A stretch of 64,000 nucleotides of DNA, taken from the NCBI GenBank assembly GCA_964452935.1, contig CAYVNO010000003.1:18163-82162 (forward strand). The letters run 5' to 3'. This document shows positions 10,690 through 20,031 of this stretch, piece by piece (within the stretch, counting starts at the first letter, position 1; each line of letters opens with the position of its first letter). The stretch comes from an uncultured Methanosarcinales archaeon (lineage in GTDB: Archaea > Nanobdellota > Nanobdellia > Woesearchaeales > DSVV01). Both the position numbers and the translations under genes were made by a program. Under the pieces are notes generated by a model, which worked only from the letters and a program-made list of their open reading frames with translations, was not told the DNA's origin and did no database searches.

Positions 10690-11460
10690 CTATTCCCTCA
10701 GAAAACCAGTAAGTGGAGATGAAGCTGTAGCATTCCTCTCTCTCCCCAACCCAGATAAATAAGCAAGTCTTCCAGCTTTTACTGCCATAGAAAATGCCTT
10801 TGCCATTCCAACAGGATCTTTTGCAGTAGCAATAGCAGTGTTTAATAAAACAGCATCACAACCCATCTCCATACAAAGTGCAGCATCTGATGGCTTTCCT
10901 ATTCCTGCATCAACAATAACCGGAATCTTAATCTCATCTATTATTAACTTAACAAGCTCTTTTGTTTTTACACCACGATTACTTCCGATTGGTGCACCTA
11001 ACGGCATAATTGCTGCAGCTCCTGCCTCTTCCATCTTTCTCGCCATAACTAAATCAGGTGTTATATAAGGCAAAACAATAAATCCTTCTTTTGATAAAAC
11101 TTCAATCGCCTTCAACGTCTCTAAATTATCAGGCATTAAATATTTACTGTCAGGAATAATCTCAATCTTTATCCAATTACCACAACCAGAAGCTTTTGCT
11201 AATCTTGCAATCCTTATTGCTTCTTCTGCATTCCTTGCTCCAGATGTATTTGGCATTAATATCTTTCCTTCAGGAATATGATCTAAAATATTTTGATCTT
11301 CTGAATCTTGATCTACCCTCCTCAAAGCCACAGTAATAATCTCTGCCTCAGACTCTAATAAGATATCTTTAATCATCTTTTTATCAGGAAATTTACCAGA
11401 ACCAATAAGTAACCTACTTTTTACCTCTCTTCCACCAATAATTAATTTATCCAAACTCAT
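10690..11460 (-). CDS. thiG: Thiazole synthase
   Basis: 256-aa TIM-barrel ThiG-like sequence ([25 protein letters not shown]). Confidence 0.9.
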   Translation of the reverse strand: MSLDKLIIGGREVKSRLLIGSGKFPDKKMIKDILLESEAEIITVALRRVDQDSEDQNILDHIPEGKILMPNTSGARNAEEAIRIARLAKASGCGNWIKIEIIPDSKYLMPDNLETLKAIEVLSKEGFIVLPYITPDLVMARKMEEAGAAAIMPLGAPIGSNRGVKTKELVKLIIDEIKIPVIVDAGIGKPSDAALCMEMGCDAVLLNTAIATAKDPVGMAKAFSMAVKAGRLAYLSGLGRERNATASSPLTGFLRE

Positions 11461-11654
11461 CCTCCTCCAACAAAACTAACAATCTCAATAACATCTCCTT
11501 CTTTCACCTGAACATTCTCCCACTCTTCTTTAGGAACTATTTTCATATTATGTTCAACAACAATCCTATCATCATTTAACCCCTTATTATTAACAATCTC
11601 TCTAATAAACTCACCACTAATATCCTCTAACTTCCCATTTATCTTTAATTGCAT
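11457..11654 (-). CDS. thiS: Sulfur-carrier protein ThiS
   Basis: 65 aa with a ubiquitin-like size and a C-terminal GGG. It overlaps thiG and thiE. Confidence 0.8.
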   Translation of the reverse strand: MQLKINGKLEDISGEFIREIVNNKGLNDDRIVVEHNMKIVPKEEWENVQVKEGDVIEIVSFVGGG

Positions 11655-12229
11655 TTTAATTCCTCAATAGCTGCTTTAACATCTTCTGCTTTAGTTATCG
11701 CAGTAATTACTGCAATATTTTCTGCACCTAATTCATACAAACTTTTAACATTCAACTCTTTAATCCCTCCTATAAAAAATACAGGATGTTTAGACAACTC
11801 CACTACTTTCCTAACATCATCTAACCCAACATTATACTCCTTTGTCTGTGTAGAAAAAACAGGACCAAAACCAATATAATCAATATCTAACTCATTTGCT
11901 TCTCTAACTTGTTCTAAAGAATGTGTAGACAAACCAATTATTTTATCTCCAACAACTTCTCTTATCTTTTCAATAGAAAACTTCTGAATATCTTCTTGCC
12001 CAACATGTACTCCATCTGCATCTAAATCTTTTGCTAGATATGGATCATCATTAACAATAAACTTAACTTCTCTACAAATCTTCTTCAACTCTCTGCCTAA
12101 CTTAAGCAACTCTTCTCTACTTTTTCCTTTCTCTCTCATCTGAACATAGTCTACACCAGAAACCGCTTCTTTAACTATCTCTAAAGTCGATCTATCAGAA
12201 TATTCCTCGCTTGTAACTAAGTATATCAT
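11645..12229 (-). CDS. thiE: Thiamine-phosphate synthase
   Basis: Has VQMREK, GVHVGQED and FGPVFST motifs. Length is 194 aa. Confidence 0.9.
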   Translation of the reverse strand: MIYLVTSEEYSDRSTLEIVKEAVSGVDYVQMREKGKSREELLKLGRELKKICREVKFIVNDDPYLAKDLDADGVHVGQEDIQKFSIEKIREVVGDKIIGLSTHSLEQVREANELDIDYIGFGPVFSTQTKEYNVGLDDVRKVVELSKHPVFFIGGIKELNVKSLYELGAENIAVITAITKAEDVKAAIEELKCN

Positions 12230-12325
12230 CTCTCAAAATGGAAGATTTAGTCTTTTTTAAATATATCCCTATCATTAATATTTCAAACATAAACATTTAT
12301 AAATACTTCAAGCAAACTCAACCTT

Positions 12326-12607
12326 ATGGCAGAAACAATAACAAAAGACATGAATATCACTGAAATAGTTCAGAAATACCCACAAGTAGCTGAAGTATTT
12401 TTCAAGCATGGAATGCATTGTTTAGGTTGTGCAGCAGCTCACTTCGAAACACTAGAACAAGGTTGCACAGCACACGGAATAGATGTAGAAGCAATCCTAA
12501 AAGACTTAAATAAGGCTATAGAGAATAAATCTGAATCAAAACTTTTGAACGAAAGTGAAAACGGTTTACAGAAATCGGAGATTTCTGAAAAACCAGAAGA
12601 AGATTAA
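12326..12607 (+). CDS. DUF1858 / hybrid-cluster-protein-associated redox disulfide domain protein
   Basis: Has ITEIVQKYPQVAEVFFKHGMHCLGCAAA...TLEQGCTAHGID, the characteristic CxxC-containing small domain. Confidence 0.6.
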   Translation: MAETITKDMNITEIVQKYPQVAEVFFKHGMHCLGCAAAHFETLEQGCTAHGIDVEAILKDLNKAIENKSESKLLNESENGLQKSEISEKPEED

Positions 12608-13710
12608 TTCTTTTCTTGTTCAATTCTTTCAATAACTGATCTAAGTAATAATGGCCAGACTATTGTTGCATCTGCATGAACTTCTGCCCACATTCCGCCT
12701 TCTTCTTTAGGAACAAACTTCCCCCAAGAAACACCTTCTTCGTATGTGCAACCACTTAATCCGCCCCAATGTACCGGTTCTGGACAGATTCTAACTCCGT
12801 AATAAAATCTTTTATTCCAAGGACTGTCTTTTGGAGCATAATACCTACCTGATTTTGAGTTATCAATTAACCTAAACCTAATAATGTCTAAATATGGTGC
12901 AACCTGTTGTGCCCAATTCCTTGGAACACCGCCACCAATCGTAAATATCCCAATCTTCTTTGCATTGTAAATCATATCAGTATACTTTTCCAAATCTAAG
13001 AACGGATTAAACATCAACTCTTTCTTCCCATCCATCTTCTGTTTTCTATTAAACAAACCAAAATCTAACCCAAACTCAGAATCAGTAAACGCAGGAATAA
13101 ACACAGGGACATTTTTCTCAAACGCAGACTTCAAAACACCTCTGCCTTCAAATTTTTTAACTAAAAACTCGCCCAACTTATTATTTAATTCATAACTGCA
13201 CGTAATAGCTCCTTCTGGAAATGATTCTAAAACCTCATTTACCATAACTTCAGCATCATCAAGATTCTTTTCTAACTCCAAAGTATCATAAACTCTATTG
13301 TAATCCTTCTTAAACAACTCTTTATCATCCATCTGTCCAAATTCATACTTAAAATGCTCCATACCTGCTGCTTCAACAAATCCGTGAGCCATAAGTGCAC
13401 CAGTACTAACAATAGCATCAACATAGCCTCTATCAATCATCTCAGAAATAACTAAACCCATCTTTGCAATAGTCATCGCACCTGATAAAGTCATAACAAC
13501 TGTACAATCAGGGTCTTTTATCATCCTATATAAAACTTCATGTGCCTCTCCAACTGTTCTTCCACCAAAAGAAGTTTTGCCCATAGCTTGCACTAGTTTC
13601 AACGCACTATCACATTTATTCACATCTAAAGATTCCAACGGTTTCAATCCCAATTTATGTGGATCAACAAACCCACACTTTAGGTCTTCTTTTTCACATC
13701 CCATAATCAT
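12604..13710 (-). CDS. dys: Deoxyhypusine synthase
   Basis: DHS-like throughout (TLSGAM, IGGGVPRNW). The start was moved to the internal MIMGCEK methionine because a TATA-like CTTATATAT sits on the track start, which suggests a leaderless mRNA. Confidence 0.9.
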   Translation of the reverse strand: MIMGCEKEDLKCGFVDPHKLGLKPLESLDVNKCDSALKLVQAMGKTSFGGRTVGEAHEVLYRMIKDPDCTVVMTLSGAMTIAKMGLVISEMIDRGYVDAIVSTGALMAHGFVEAAGMEHFKYEFGQMDDKELFKKDYNRVYDTLELEKNLDDAEVMVNEVLESFPEGAITCSYELNNKLGEFLVKKFEGRGVLKSAFEKNVPVFIPAFTDSEFGLDFGLFNRKQKMDGKKELMFNPFLDLEKYTDMIYNAKKIGIFTIGGGVPRNWAQQVAPYLDIIRFRLIDNSKSGRYYAPKDSPWNKRFYYGVRICPEPVHWGGLSGCTYEEGVSWGKFVPKEEGGMWAEVHADATIVWPLLLRSVIERIEQEKN

Positions 13711-13752
13711 AAAGAATACTGCTACCATATATAAGCTTTACTCTCAGAAAAA

Positions 13753-13923
13753 GCTCTGTAGAATTGCTATTTAAAGCACCTGCCTAGGGGAGGTGGGTGG
13801 GAAGAATAAGATTCAAGAATAAACTAAACCCGAGCATTAAAATTTCTATTGAAATTTTAATTATTGCGATGGGTTTGACTTTATGTCTGCTTCGGTGCTA
13901 TTTTTAAAGCAATTCTACAAAGC
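13753..13923. other. Long-helix-closed intergenic element E1 (structured RNA or MITE-like insertion)
   Basis: 13753-13780 pairs with 13894-13923, a helix of about 28 bp with an internal loop. There is an inner perfect 10-bp hairpin ATTAAAATTT/AAATTTTAAT and a G-run GGGGAGGTGGGTGGG. The element is flanked by the direct repeat CTCT(C)AGAAAAAGCT at 13741-13755 and 13924-13937. Confidence 0.45.
13797..13907 (+). CDS. Candidate small hydrophobic peptide ORF inside E1 (36 codons, GTG start)
   Basis: My own translation gives MGRIRFKNKLNPSIKISIEILIIAMGLTLCLLRCYF. GGAGG lies immediately upstream of the GTG. The stop codon lies in the 3' arm of the closing helix. It is below the ORF-track length cutoff. 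Confidence 0.25.
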   Translation: MGRIRFKNKLNPSIKISIEILIIAMGLTLCLLRCYF

Positions 13924-13925
13924 CT

Positions 13926-14720
13926 CTAGAAAAAGCTTTTCATAATCAAATTAATTATTTTATCATCAACACTGAAAACTATCTTCTGCCCGTTCTTCAA
14001 ATTCAATCTAAATCCAATACTATCAGCTATTAAAATAAGATTATCTGACTTTGAGTCTATCTCCACTTTCTTATCTTTCTTCAACACATCTCTTGTCATC
14101 TTTGCTTTTGTTAATCTTCCAGAATAAGCATCTCTAACAACATACTGAAATTTATCAGAGTTTAAACTTAACTTTTTCCCACCAGCACTATATATCCAAG
14201 CAGTTGACCCAGCAGCAGCCCCTATTAAAACACCACTACTTTTCTGTTCCTCTTCTTTCTTACCAACTCTCAATACATACCTCGATGTTCCGCTAACATC
14301 TTTATGTCCAATATAAAATTCATTCAAAGCTCTCCCAACAAACTTTCCATCAACTTCTGCTTTCAAGCGATGTAACTTAAAATTTCTAAATTTTCCTTTC
14401 AATAGTTTTCCAAAAATCTTCTCAAAATTACCTTTATCACAACAAGTAAAATTACCTTCAGTCTCTTCAATGTTAGAATTAACACCCATCGTCGGAGTCT
14501 CATCTAAAACAAACTGAGCAGCTTTCAAGAAAGTACCATCTCCTCCTACAACCATGATTAAACTAACATTCTTAACACAGTCCTTTGTTAGTTTGCTTCT
14601 ACAAACCTCATTATAATTGATATTATTTTTCTCTAGAACACTCTTAACAATATTGGTAGTCTCATTCCCTATATTACACATATCCTGTTTATGTACTAAT
14701 AATACGTTCTTTACATCCAT
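13926..14720 (-). CDS. nadK: NAD kinase
   Basis: Has the MVVGGDGTFLKAAQ (GGDG) motif and the ATP-NAD kinase fold length of 264 aa. Confidence 0.85.
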   Translation of the reverse strand: MDVKNVLLVHKQDMCNIGNETTNIVKSVLEKNNINYNEVCRSKLTKDCVKNVSLIMVVGGDGTFLKAAQFVLDETPTMGVNSNIEETEGNFTCCDKGNFEKIFGKLLKGKFRNFKLHRLKAEVDGKFVGRALNEFYIGHKDVSGTSRYVLRVGKKEEEQKSSGVLIGAAAGSTAWIYSAGGKKLSLNSDKFQYVVRDAYSGRLTKAKMTRDVLKKDKKVEIDSKSDNLILIADSIGFRLNLKNGQKIVFSVDDKIINLIMKSFF

Positions 14721-14777
14721 AGAACAAGATAACTGTGAGCATTTAAAAAGTTTACTCTCATTAAGCAGCCAGGAGAC

Positions 14778-17612
14778 TCAATCAACTAGCACTCCAACCT
14801 TTCCAGGTGCTGCTTGTAGGGCTTTCTTTTCAGCAGCATCTTCTGCCTTGATCACATCAACAACACAATCAAACTCTTTCTCTAAGAATCCTTTTGCCTC
14901 CATTAAATAATCAAACTCTTCTTGACAACTACTAACTCTATCAGAAACCTTTCCAGATGCAACCAATTTAGGAACAAATTTGGATATTTCTCCACCATAC
15001 CTCTTAAACTCATTCTTACTCATAACAACCTTCATTACCTCTCCAGGATTCCTTGTCTTCTTCATCTCCTCGCCCAACAATTTAAACAACTCATATTTCC
15101 AAGGCAATGAAACAAATAATCTAATCCTTTTTGGCTTAATCTTAACTAATTTCAATACAGAATTAATATCAGAAACACTATTCCTAACCATGTCTTCCCC
15201 CAAATCAAGTTTATAGTTAATTTTTTTCTTATCAACACCAGGCCATTTACTCAATGACACATAACCACCGATCTCTAATTTCTCCCATATTTCTTCGCAA
15301 ATAAACGGACAATAAACAGATAACATTAAAAGCTGACTTTCAATAACTTTTTTCATAAGATCTTTATTATAATCTCCATTACATCTTCTAATATACCATC
15401 TCAACGAATTTCCTAACTCAAAATAAATCTGTTGTGCAGAACTTCTAAATAATGTCGCCTCCATAAATGAATTAACTTTCAACACAACCTCATTCAGCTT
15501 TGACTCCATCCATCTATCCACTTTTTTATACTCTTCTCTTCCTTTTCCATAGTGCTCAACACAAAAATTATAGAATTGATCTAATTTAACAATAAATGTC
15601 TTAGCAAACTCACTGTCCCAATTTGGATCATCCATCCCTTCTCCACCATTCAGTATAGTAAACCTAGCAGAATCAACTGAAAATTTAGATGACATATCAC
15701 GAAGAGGAATCATATTACCTAAACTTTTGCTCATCTTCTGCCCGTCGACAGTCACCCAACCATTAACACCAATACCTTTTGGCCATTTGTCCTCTGGAAA
15801 AATAGCGCAATGATTAAAAACATAGAATGTTAAATGATTTTGTACTAAATCTTTGCCAGAGTTTCTAAAATCAACAGGATACCAATAATCAAACTCATCT
15901 TTCATTCTAAGAACCAAATCACTATCAACTTTAATATCATCCAATTTACCTTTCCCTAATAAAACATAATCAAAGAAATTATCATCAATATCATAAGGAT
16001 CAACATCTTTTAATAAATGTACAATTGTATAATAAGCCATGTAGATAGTACTATCACTAAGACTCTCAATTAACCATTTCTCATCCCAAGGTAATCTTGT
16101 ACCCAATCCTTCTTCTCTTGTGCAAGCCCAGTTATGCAACCAACCTATTACATACTCGAACTGAGGTCTTACCTTTTCTGGATATAATTTCATTTTACCA
16201 AAAGCGTCACGAACAGTATCTTTCCACTCTTTATCTCCATAGGCCATAAACCATTGATCTTCAACAATCTTAATAACACACTCATTCAAATCCCTAGAAA
16301 CAACCTTCCCATCTAACTCATAAAACATAATAGCATCTTTGTCGTCTATCAGTTTTTTCTTTAATAATTCTTGAGCCTCAGGAACACTCATCCCTTTACA
16401 CACTCCACAATTATCTTTCATAACTCCCTTTCTAAAGACCCTTTTATTCAACTCACCTTTTGCTTTCTCTAATTTAGCAACATCTTTTGCAGACTTAACT
16501 CCAAACTCTTCTCCAATATCTCTTCCTAAATCATCTCCCATGCCAGGGATCTTAATTATACTAATTGGAGCGAGCTTTGCAACAACATCTTTATCTAAAT
16601 TATATTTTTCTTGCGTCTCAACATCCTTTTGTATCTTATCTAATTCATATAAATCAACAGGATCTTCAAGAGCAGAATAAACAATACCTGATCCAACATT
16701 CGAATCAATAAAACCTGCAGGTAAAATATATAATCTCCTATTAACTAATGGACCTTGCACCCATTTTCCAATTAACTCTTCAGGTTTAATATCCTCAATA
16801 ACTTTTACGTCAGTATGTTGGTCTTTTATCTTATCAACAACACCATTTCCTACAACCCATTTCTCACCGTCAACTTCAACAATAACATACTCTCCTTCAG
16901 GATCAATCCATAGATTAGATTGCCCATATAATGCATCTGGTCTTGTCGTACCAGACATTATAATCAAATCAGAATCATCAATCTTAAATTTTGCCCAAAT
17001 AAAATCTTTATGGGTTACGCCCTCTCCTTCTGCCCTATCATGATCACCAACAGGACACTTCTTTACGGGATCCCAAACAACAGGGAATTTTCCTTTAACA
17101 ACATACCTCTTCTCTTTCAACTTATTAAACTGCCATCTAATAAATTTATCATAATGTTTATTAATATCTGTTGTAAAGAATTGTCTTCTCCAATCTATAC
17201 TTAACCCCATCTCTCTAAAATCTTTCTCAAACTCAGGTGCAAAATAATCTAACCATTCTCTAGGCTCTTCAAACTTCTTAATCTCTTTATCATTAAATCC
17301 CATATCTTTCATTATTTTGATCTGCTTCTCTTCCTTCTCTTTGACTCTATTTGCAGCAGAAACAATTGGACTACCAGTAGCATGCCATCCTTGAGGAAAT
17401 AAAACATTAAACCCCTTCATTCTTTTATATCTAGCAAGAGCTTCTACTCTCATTAGTGTATACAAATGTCCAATGTGAGGATATGCATTGATATATGGGT
17501 AAGGAAATGTAAGAAAGAACTTATTCTTCTTCTTATTGACATTAGACTCAAAAACCTTATCTTTCTCCCACCTATCTCTCCACTTCTTCTCAATCTCTTG
17601 CGTATTGATCAT
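14778..17612 (-). CDS. leuS: Leucyl-tRNA synthetase (archaeal type)
   Basis: 944 aa, with a HIGH motif (PHIGHLYT) and a KMSKS motif (QKMSKSLGN). Confidence 0.97.
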   Translation of the reverse strand: MINTQEIEKKWRDRWEKDKVFESNVNKKKNKFFLTFPYPYINAYPHIGHLYTLMRVEALARYKRMKGFNVLFPQGWHATGSPIVSAANRVKEKEEKQIKIMKDMGFNDKEIKKFEEPREWLDYFAPEFEKDFREMGLSIDWRRQFFTTDINKHYDKFIRWQFNKLKEKRYVVKGKFPVVWDPVKKCPVGDHDRAEGEGVTHKDFIWAKFKIDDSDLIIMSGTTRPDALYGQSNLWIDPEGEYVIVEVDGEKWVVGNGVVDKIKDQHTDVKVIEDIKPEELIGKWVQGPLVNRRLYILPAGFIDSNVGSGIVYSALEDPVDLYELDKIQKDVETQEKYNLDKDVVAKLAPISIIKIPGMGDDLGRDIGEEFGVKSAKDVAKLEKAKGELNKRVFRKGVMKDNCGVCKGMSVPEAQELLKKKLIDDKDAIMFYELDGKVVSRDLNECVIKIVEDQWFMAYGDKEWKDTVRDAFGKMKLYPEKVRPQFEYVIGWLHNWACTREEGLGTRLPWDEKWLIESLSDSTIYMAYYTIVHLLKDVDPYDIDDNFFDYVLLGKGKLDDIKVDSDLVLRMKDEFDYWYPVDFRNSGKDLVQNHLTFYVFNHCAIFPEDKWPKGIGVNGWVTVDGQKMSKSLGNMIPLRDMSSKFSVDSARFTILNGGEGMDDPNWDSEFAKTFIVKLDQFYNFCVEHYGKGREEYKKVDRWMESKLNEVVLKVNSFMEATLFRSSAQQIYFELGNSLRWYIRRCNGDYNKDLMKKVIESQLLMLSVYCPFICEEIWEKLEIGGYVSLSKWPGVDKKKINYKLDLGEDMVRNSVSDINSVLKLVKIKPKRIRLFVSLPWKYELFKLLGEEMKKTRNPGEVMKVVMSKNEFKRYGGEISKFVPKLVASGKVSDRVSSCQEEFDYLMEAKGFLEKEFDCVVDVIKAEDAAEKKALQAAPGKVGVLVD

Positions 17613-17673
17613 AGAATAAACAATACTCTATGATTATATAAATATTACTATTAACAGAAGACATAAACACATG

Positions 17674-17812
17674 GGATGAGAACTGACTGGAGAAGGGATT
17701 TCCATGATCAGATTTTACGTAGTGAAATCTGAGTTTGGCACAAAGTGACAAACTTATTATGGAAATCTCTTTTCGGAATAGGGCATGCGTAGCATGACCG
17801 TATTCGAATCCA
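17674..17812. ncRNA. Unclassified structured RNA-like element, copy B (139 nt; paralog of 56080-56173)
   Basis: A 34-nt 5' block and a 52-nt 3' block are near-identical to copy A. It contains the GATTTCC/GGAAATC stem and a roughly 17-bp irregular hairpin TTCGGAATAGGGCATGC-loop-GCATGACCGTATTCGAA. An extra 45 nt sits in the first stem's loop. Confidence 0.4.
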
Positions 17813-17863
17813 ATAACTTCTAATAATCTATAAAATAATAAACAAAACAACTAAAGAATCAAA

Positions 17864-18061
17864 TCAAACCTTCTTGAACTGAGCAATTGTGTCAATTAAC
17901 TCAACTTGTCCTAAAAACATCTGTCTACAACAGTATCTTTCTAAACCTAAGCTATCTAGCACCTTCTTTCTATCTTCGCCATCTCCAACTCTTTCTCTGT
18001 ACTCATCCCAGCATTGCGCAATTGGTTTCCCACAGCTTATACATCTTATTGGAATCATCAT
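17864..18061 (-). CDS. rpoN: DNA-directed RNA polymerase subunit N (Rpo10)
   Basis: 65 aa, MMIPIRCISCGKPI...CCR zinc-binding pattern. It sits at the end of the r-protein block. Confidence 0.9.
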   Translation of the reverse strand: MMIPIRCISCGKPIAQCWDEYRERVGDGEDRKKVLDSLGLERYCCRQMFLGQVELIDTIAQFKKV

Positions 18062-18068
18062 TTTTAAA

Positions 18069-18470
18069 TCACCTATAGGATTTTTGTCGTTTTGATCTAG
18101 CCTTAGAATGGCTATTTGGTTTTACACATTCTCTTCTTCTACTATCAGCAACTAAAAGATTTCTATCATATTCTAAATACGCACTTTTCAATACATCACT
18201 TTTTGTATACTCAACAAATGCCTTTGCAATTGCTAATCTTGCAGCCTCAGTTTGACTACTTCTTCCACCACCCATAACATTGATACTAATATCTACTTTT
18301 GCACTAAATTTATCAGCAATTAATAGTGGTTCCATTAATTTTAATCTATGCATTCTAGGTGAATACTGTTCTAGCGCAATATTATTAATCTTTACTCTAC
18401 CACTTCCTTCTCTTAATGTTGCTCTTGCAATAGCTGTTTTCCTTTTTCCTGACGCATGAACTATTTTCAT
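18069..18470 (-). CDS. rps9: 30S ribosomal protein S9 (uS9)
   Basis: 133 aa, ends ...RSKRQKSYR. Conserved operon position. Confidence 0.95.
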   Translation of the reverse strand: MKIVHASGKRKTAIARATLREGSGRVKINNIALEQYSPRMHRLKLMEPLLIADKFSAKVDISINVMGGGRSSQTEAARLAIAKAFVEYTKSDVLKSAYLEYDRNLLVADSRRRECVKPNSHSKARSKRQKSYR

Positions 18471-18883
18471 AATTTTCCACCCATTATTCTACAAATATCT
18501 CCAATACACATATACTTTAAGTTTGGAACTTTCTTAACATTTGCTTTTTCAAATGTCTCTTTTTCTTGATCTTTAAAATTATCTGGAACACCAATATAAC
18601 ACATGATTCTCTTAAACGCTTCTCTCCCTTTAGCTTGTCTATGCGGAAGCATACCTCTAATCACTCTTCTAACAAATCTGTCTGGCATTCTAGGAATAAA
18701 TGGACCTTTTGAAGGTATACCCATTGCTCTCTTTTTTTTATATCTCTCGACAATCTCTGCTCTACTGCCTGTCATAAACGCTTTTTCACAATTAATAATA
18801 TCTACTTTCTCTCCTAATAAAGCATTCTTTGCAGCGACTGTTGCAAATCTTCCAACAATTAAATTTGATGCATCGATTATCAT
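18467..18883 (-). CDS. rpl13: 50S ribosomal protein L13 (uL13)
   Basis: 138 aa with a typical uL13 sequence. It overlaps the S9 start. Confidence 0.95.
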   Translation of the reverse strand: MIIDASNLIVGRFATVAAKNALLGEKVDIINCEKAFMTGSRAEIVERYKKKRAMGIPSKGPFIPRMPDRFVRRVIRGMLPHRQAKGREAFKRIMCYIGVPDNFKDQEKETFEKANVKKVPNLKYMCIGDICRIMGGKL

Positions 18884-18884
18884 T

Positions 18885-19235
18885 TTATCCTATAATCCTC
18901 ACTTGTTTTCCTTTTGGATTTATTTTTACTAAATCTAATATAGATAACGCTTTTCCATTTGCTTTCTGTATTTTCTCTTTTGCTTGCGAAGAGAAATTAA
19001 ATGCAGCGACATTAACAGTATGATCAATATCTCCAGCTCCCAAAACTTTTCCAGGAACAACAATAGTTTCATTCTCTTTAGTAAATCTCTGTATTTTAGC
19101 TAAATTTACAATTCTTCTTCTAGAAGTAGGTTTTTCTAAATCACTTGCAACTCTTTTCCAAATCTTAGCACCCTCTTTATTTGAATGCTTCCTTAACTCT
19201 ATTACCAACATTTCTAGATATTTATTTGTTTTCAT
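18885..19235 (-). CDS. rpl18e: 50S ribosomal protein L18e
   Basis: 116 aa. Archaeal/eukaryotic L18e pattern and operon position. Confidence 0.9.
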   Translation of the reverse strand: MKTNKYLEMLVIELRKHSNKEGAKIWKRVASDLEKPTSRRRIVNLAKIQRFTKENETIVVPGKVLGAGDIDHTVNVAAFNFSSQAKEKIQKANGKALSILDLVKINPKGKQVRIIG

Positions 19236-20029
19236 TTGAGTTCTTTTACCTTGTCTGCAAATTCATCAAGAGTTTCATTAAATAATTCTACTCCTTTTCC
19301 AATAATGTCTCTTGCATTCAATTGGCCCCATGATTCTAAACTGAATATGAATGTATCTTCTCCTTTTTCTGCATAAACATCTCCATTTGTTAAATCTTTA
19401 CAAGCATCACATAATGTACATTTCAATAAATTATCTTGTACAACAGTCAGTTTCCCTTTTTTTAACTGGAAAATCTTTGCATGGCAACATTTAACAACAT
19501 CGTTTGCATTATCAACATCTTTTTTTATTTTAACATCTGATTTATGCTTATAAAAAACTAAGCCAGGACACCATTTAATGTGTTCTTTCCCAACTCCTAA
19601 AACAGCTGTTGCTTCAAACTCTATATCTTGATTTTTTAATAACTTAACAATAGGTGTGTCTGGATATGCTGGCATTACTTTAGGGTCTGCTGATTTAAGA
19701 TCTGACGCATAAATCACTTTTGGACCTTTTCCTTTCAATGTTAATTTGCATTGACATTGTGCACAACCTTTTCCTTCACACTTGCATTTTTTTAATAGGT
19801 TATATGACTTCAAGTCTGTCTTTAGGGGTATTAAACCCAACCTATGTGCAACAACTTCATCATATAATGCAGAGTTATTCTTCTTAAACTCAACATCTTC
19901 AATAGCCATTGTTGGTACTTTATTTATCAATACCCTCCTTATGCTATTTGCATATGCAGGAGTAATCCCTTTAACCATAAATGAAAGCTTTGTTTTATCC
20001 TTATTTTTTTCTAAAAGCCTTATTTCCAT
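19232..20029 (-). CDS. rpoD: DNA-directed RNA polymerase subunit D (Rpo3)
   Basis: 265 aa with Cys clusters (CKCEGKGCAQCQC, CTLCDACK) typical of archaeal subunit D with an Fe-S domain. Confidence 0.9.
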   Translation of the reverse strand: MEIRLLEKNKDKTKLSFMVKGITPAYANSIRRVLINKVPTMAIEDVEFKKNNSALYDEVVAHRLGLIPLKTDLKSYNLLKKCKCEGKGCAQCQCKLTLKGKGPKVIYASDLKSADPKVMPAYPDTPIVKLLKNQDIEFEATAVLGVGKEHIKWCPGLVFYKHKSDVKIKKDVDNANDVVKCCHAKIFQLKKGKLTVVQDNLLKCTLCDACKDLTNGDVYAEKGEDTFIFSLESWGQLNARDIIGKGVELFNETLDEFADKVKELK

Positions 20030-20031
20030 TT

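Noticed and set aside
12230-12325. Possible TPP riboswitch upstream of thiE
   Set aside because: The 96-nt gap is AT-rich, too short, and lacks the conserved CUGAGA and ACCUGAUCUGGAUAAUGCCAGCG-type elements on the operon strand.
13783-13800. G-run GGGGAGGTGGGTGGG as a G-quadruplex, or its complement CCCACCTCCCC as a 16S 3'-end (anti-SD) mimic
   Set aside because: Only one G-tract has four Gs and one has two, so a stable G4 is doubtful. The anti-SD resemblance is a 7-nt match that could be chance. It is kept only as part of the E1 description.
14617-17204. Several + strand ORFs inside leuS (14617-14910, 14922-15110, 14980-15216, 17010-17204)
   Set aside because: They are antisense to a confidently identified 944-aa LeuRS and have no independent support.
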